A stretch of 20,000 nucleotides of DNA, taken from the IMG/VR virus record IMGVR_UViG_3300041964_000150; one strand, 5' to 3'. Made by a program: the position numbers and the translations under genes. The stretch comes from an uncultured virus (IMG/VR IMGVR_UViG_3300041964_000150). Its lineage: Duplodnaviria; Heunggongvirae; Uroviricota; Caudoviricetes. The notes below the pieces were generated by a model. The model saw nothing but the letters and a program-made list of their open reading frames with translations. It was not told where the DNA came from and did no database searches. Numbering within the stretch: position 1 is the stretch's first letter; each line of letters opens with the position of its first letter. Shown here in pieces: positions 17,691 through 20,000 of the stretch.

Positions 17691-17702
17691 GCTAGAGTGC
17701 CC
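17691..17702 (-). promoter_or_regulatory. GGGMAnnCTRR box upstream of terL
   Basis: GGGCACTCTAGC, 20 nt before ATG 17670. Confidence 0.55.
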
Positions 17703-17739
17703 AATGTTCTAGGGGCAGGGGCGATCGAACCTTCAAAAT

Positions 17740-17805
17740 ATTATCCAGAAAATTGTTGACATATCCACAAATATATGGATAATAGAAGTATCAACTTAGT
17801 GGAGG
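17740..17805 (+). promoter_or_regulatory. Sigma70-type promoter with overlapping operator-like palindrome and RBS
   Basis: TTGACA 17756-17761, 16-nt spacer, GATAAT 17778-17783. TATCCA-N8-TGGATA at 17762-17781 plus an extra TATCCA at 17742. GGAGG at 17801-17805. Confidence 0.7.
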
Positions 17806-17814
17806 TCAAATTCG

Positions 17815-18075
17815 ATGAAATTCTACTTATTCCAGCGTTATCGATTAGATAGCAATGGCAGGTCAAATTTTGGCAGCGGATCTTTTGTTGCTCCCGGTGG
17901 TTCACCAGAAGAAGCTCAGCAGCGTGTTGAGAAGCTGCATAGTCCTAGTTATAGTCAGTGGCGATTTAAGCTGCTGAGTTCAGCAGAAATTGAGACAGGC
18001 GATCAGCTTTCAATACAACTTCAGGTTCGCCAAGTCTTGCAACCAACCTGTTCCGATAGTGAGCTTGTATGGTGA
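17815..18075 (+). CDS. Hypothetical protein
   Basis: 86 aa, strong GGAGG RBS, first gene after the promoter. Confidence 0.7.
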   Translation: MKFYLFQRYRLDSNGRSNFGSGSFVAPGGSPEEAQQRVEKLHSPSYSQWRFKLLSSAEIETGDQLSIQLQVRQVLQPTCSDSELVW

Positions 18076-18296
18076 AAACGCCTAATCTATCCGATCGACT
18101 TCAGCAGGTTCTAGATGCTGAAAATCTGACAGTATATGGTGCCGCGCATATCGTTGCTGCTGAGACAGATGAACCCTGGAAAACCGTTCATGAGCGGATC
18201 AGCAACCACCTAAAGCGCCCACCTAAGTCATGGGTCGCGATCGAGCAAACGCTAAATGCTCTGGGCTACGAAATCAGAATCGATCGCATTCCTTGA
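18069..18296 (+). CDS. Putative Cro/XRE-like helix-turn-helix regulator
   Basis: 75 aa. LSDRLQQVLDAENLTVYGAA...IEQTLNALGYEIRI resembles the XRE-family start and end pattern. Confidence 0.55.
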   Translation: MVKTPNLSDRLQQVLDAENLTVYGAAHIVAAETDEPWKTVHERISNHLKRPPKSWVAIEQTLNALGYEIRIDRIP

Positions 18297-18368
18297 CCAT
18301 CAAGCCGGAAGCTTTTTTTCCGGGTTCAACCTCCATAATTTTTCTTGCAGCTTTGAAGGACAAAAACT

Positions 18369-18632
18369 ATGACATCTGAATCGCAACCTCTAACAGGCAA
18401 TCTATATGATGTGCAGGCGGAGATTTATAACGGCCTTTCTGGGTTCTACGATCCGGCAGTCTTGCTGGAAGAATGCAAGGGTGATGCAAATGAAGCGGCT
18501 CGCCAGATCGTTGACGGCGCGATCGCCGCTGGCATGATCTCCAGCGCAGATGTCGCTTGGGACGCGCCTGATGGCGTTGTGCGCGAGATGGATTGCTACC
18601 AATTAATCGAAGGATACTTGGAGCGCGTTTAG
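18369..18632 (+). CDS. Small acidic hypothetical protein
   Basis: 87 aa, AAGGA RBS upstream. Confidence 0.7.
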   Translation: MTSESQPLTGNLYDVQAEIYNGLSGFYDPAVLLEECKGDANEAARQIVDGAIAAGMISSADVAWDAPDGVVREMDCYQLIEGYLERV

Positions 18633-18666
18633 CGATCGCCCTCGAATTAACCCAAGGAGAAAAACC

Positions 18667-18906
18667 ATGCAGGCAATTGTCAGTTTGAACGGCAAAGCGA
18701 TCGCGTCCTATTCTGGGGTTTCACAGTTAGAAGCACTGCAAACCGCAGAGATAGAGTTTCCTCGGCAGCAGGGCGATCTTCGGGTTGCTGAGTGGGCGGG
18801 GTCGTACTACACCTCAACAAAGATGGCTGAAATTCAAAAATTTCTAGCGGGAGACTCAAGCGCTAGAGCAAATCAGCAAGACGTTGACTTTTGCCCGTAT
18901 CTGTAG
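18667..18906 (+). CDS. Small hypothetical protein
   Basis: 79 aa, AAGGAG RBS upstream. Confidence 0.7.
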   Translation: MQAIVSLNGKAIASYSGVSQLEALQTAEIEFPRQQGDLRVAEWAGSYYTSTKMAEIQKFLAGDSSARANQQDVDFCPYL

Positions 18907-18958
18907 AGTCAGCCAGTCCGCAAAATCAAAATTGAAAAATCACCCACAGGACAAACCA

Positions 18959-19225
18959 ATGAGCGCAATTGAAAGACAATTTGCAGGATTGACCGCAGTT
19001 CTGGATAGCTCTGGCATCTCAATTTTCTGGGATGCGGCTAAAACTCAGCTTCAGTATCGCCCGCTGTTAGGGTCTGCCGAATCAACAGAGGGAAGCAGGT
19101 ATCGCGCCGTCTTCCTGCCGTTCGATGTTTGGTCGTTTGGGTTCACTGAGGCAGATTTGAACGCCTGCGGCTGGGCAACACCGATCGACATTCAAACCCG
19201 ACTGCCCTATTACGGAACTCGCTAA
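18959..19225 (+). CDS. Small hypothetical protein
   Basis: Likely start MSAIERQF at 18959 after an AGGA RBS. Confidence 0.65.
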   Translation: MSAIERQFAGLTAVLDSSGISIFWDAAKTQLQYRPLLGSAESTEGSRYRAVFLPFDVWSFGFTEADLNACGWATPIDIQTRLPYYGTR

Positions 19226-19255
19226 GAATCCAGAAAATCTAAAGGAAGCCAGCTA

Positions 19256-19696
19256 ATGAGCAGCATTTGCAGACCAGCGCTAGTGAATTGGAACGGCAGC
19301 TATAAAGTAGTCAACTACTTTAATGGGGGAGTTGGCAAAGAGGATTGCAGCCTCGAAACGGCTCAAGCTGCCTGTCAGTCTGCTTATTGTGCGATCGTTC
19401 GCCAAGATGCAGAGCATATCTTCGACTACCAAAAAAACACATTCGTTTGGGTTTCACCCTCTCAAGAGCAGGAGGAAGCTAGCCGAGTAGAACAGGGAAA
19501 AGCCTATTTTGAGCAGGGCAGAAACACGGGTCTGTCAGCACCTCCCTACCTATCCGTGCAGTGTCCCGCAGTGCCCTCAGATATTCCTGATACCTTCGCT
19601 GAATGGTGGATCAATGGCTGGCAGGATGGACACCAAGCAGCGATCGATGAACGTTGCAAATCAGAGTGCTTGTCAGTTGGAGCGATAGGAGCATGA
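19256..19696 (+). CDS. Hypothetical protein with C-terminal Rmf/CrpP-like motif
   Basis: 146 aa, AAGGA RBS. AYFEQGRNTG...CP...WWINGWQDG. Confidence 0.6.
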   Translation: MSSICRPALVNWNGSYKVVNYFNGGVGKEDCSLETAQAACQSAYCAIVRQDAEHIFDYQKNTFVWVSPSQEQEEASRVEQGKAYFEQGRNTGLSAPPYLSVQCPAVPSDIPDTFAEWWINGWQDGHQAAIDERCKSECLSVGAIGA

Positions 19697-19974
19697 GAGT
19701 CGCGCTTTGGTTCAATCAGCTAGGGCTTTCACACTCAGACCTTGCCGAGCATGGCGACTGTATTGAGCTACCAGAAGCACCCCTATTAGGGGATTGTGTC
19801 TCTGTGAGTGCTTTTGATGCCGATGAAGATGAGTACGTTGAAACAACCTGGATTGTTACGCGCAGGGTTTGGGTGACAGACTCAAGCGAAAAAATCGATC
19901 TCGAAATCGAGCTAGATGCCGCAGATGAGAGGTCAGCAAAAACAGTTGCAGAGCATCGAAAAATCAGGTTTTGA
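19693..19974 (+). CDS. Small acidic hypothetical protein
   Basis: ATGA overlap with the previous gene and AGGAG RBS. Start MRVALWF. Its stop overlaps a further ATG at 19974 that runs off the window. Confidence 0.65.
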   Translation: MRVALWFNQLGLSHSDLAEHGDCIELPEAPLLGDCVSVSAFDADEDEYVETTWIVTRRVWVTDSSEKIDLEIELDAADERSAKTVAEHRKIRF

Positions 19975-20000
19975 TGAGAATTCATCAACCAAACAGAGCC

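Noticed and set aside
208..17695. Numerous overlapping ORF-track entries (for example 1370-1981 +, 8818-9180 -, 13960-15610 + set, 16221-17695 + set)
   Set aside because: Antisense or off-frame shadows of better-supported genes, without recognisable motifs. A few same-strand ones are fragments of the frameshifted genes.
18304..18324. Terminator after the HTH gene
   Set aside because: The CCGGAA/TTCCGG stem has the T run in its loop rather than downstream, so it is too weak to call.

Overview
Morphogenesis region of a cyanobacterial tailed phage or prophage, with HIP1 (GCGATCGC) abundant throughout. It encodes a terminase large subunit (16183-17670, -), probable portal (11166-12725, +), scaffold and P22-coat-like major capsid (6532-8788, -), an HhH protein, head-tail, baseplate and tail-fibre genes (2657-6471, -), a probable tail tube and chaperone (1-1450, -), and a large tail/baseplate gene (12895-15579, -). 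A divergent early-type cluster of small ORFs follows a sigma70-like promoter from 17756. The structural genes lie in several divergent and convergent units, each preceded by the same GGG(A/C)AnnCT(A/G)(A/G) box (8 copies), a candidate late promoter. The most striking element is the ~600-bp non-coding gap between the tail gene and the terminase (15580-16182). It holds seven TnsB-binding-site-like motifs and two TGT(G)CAG termini that closely resemble type V-K CAST transposon ends, with no transposon genes in the window. It also holds two further families of end-like or recombination-site-like repeats. This may be a phage-borne transposon-end decoy (target-immunity) cassette, which is an inference. 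Several tail genes carry single-base indels, from sequencing error or prophage decay. Product calls come from motifs and synteny only; no searches were run.
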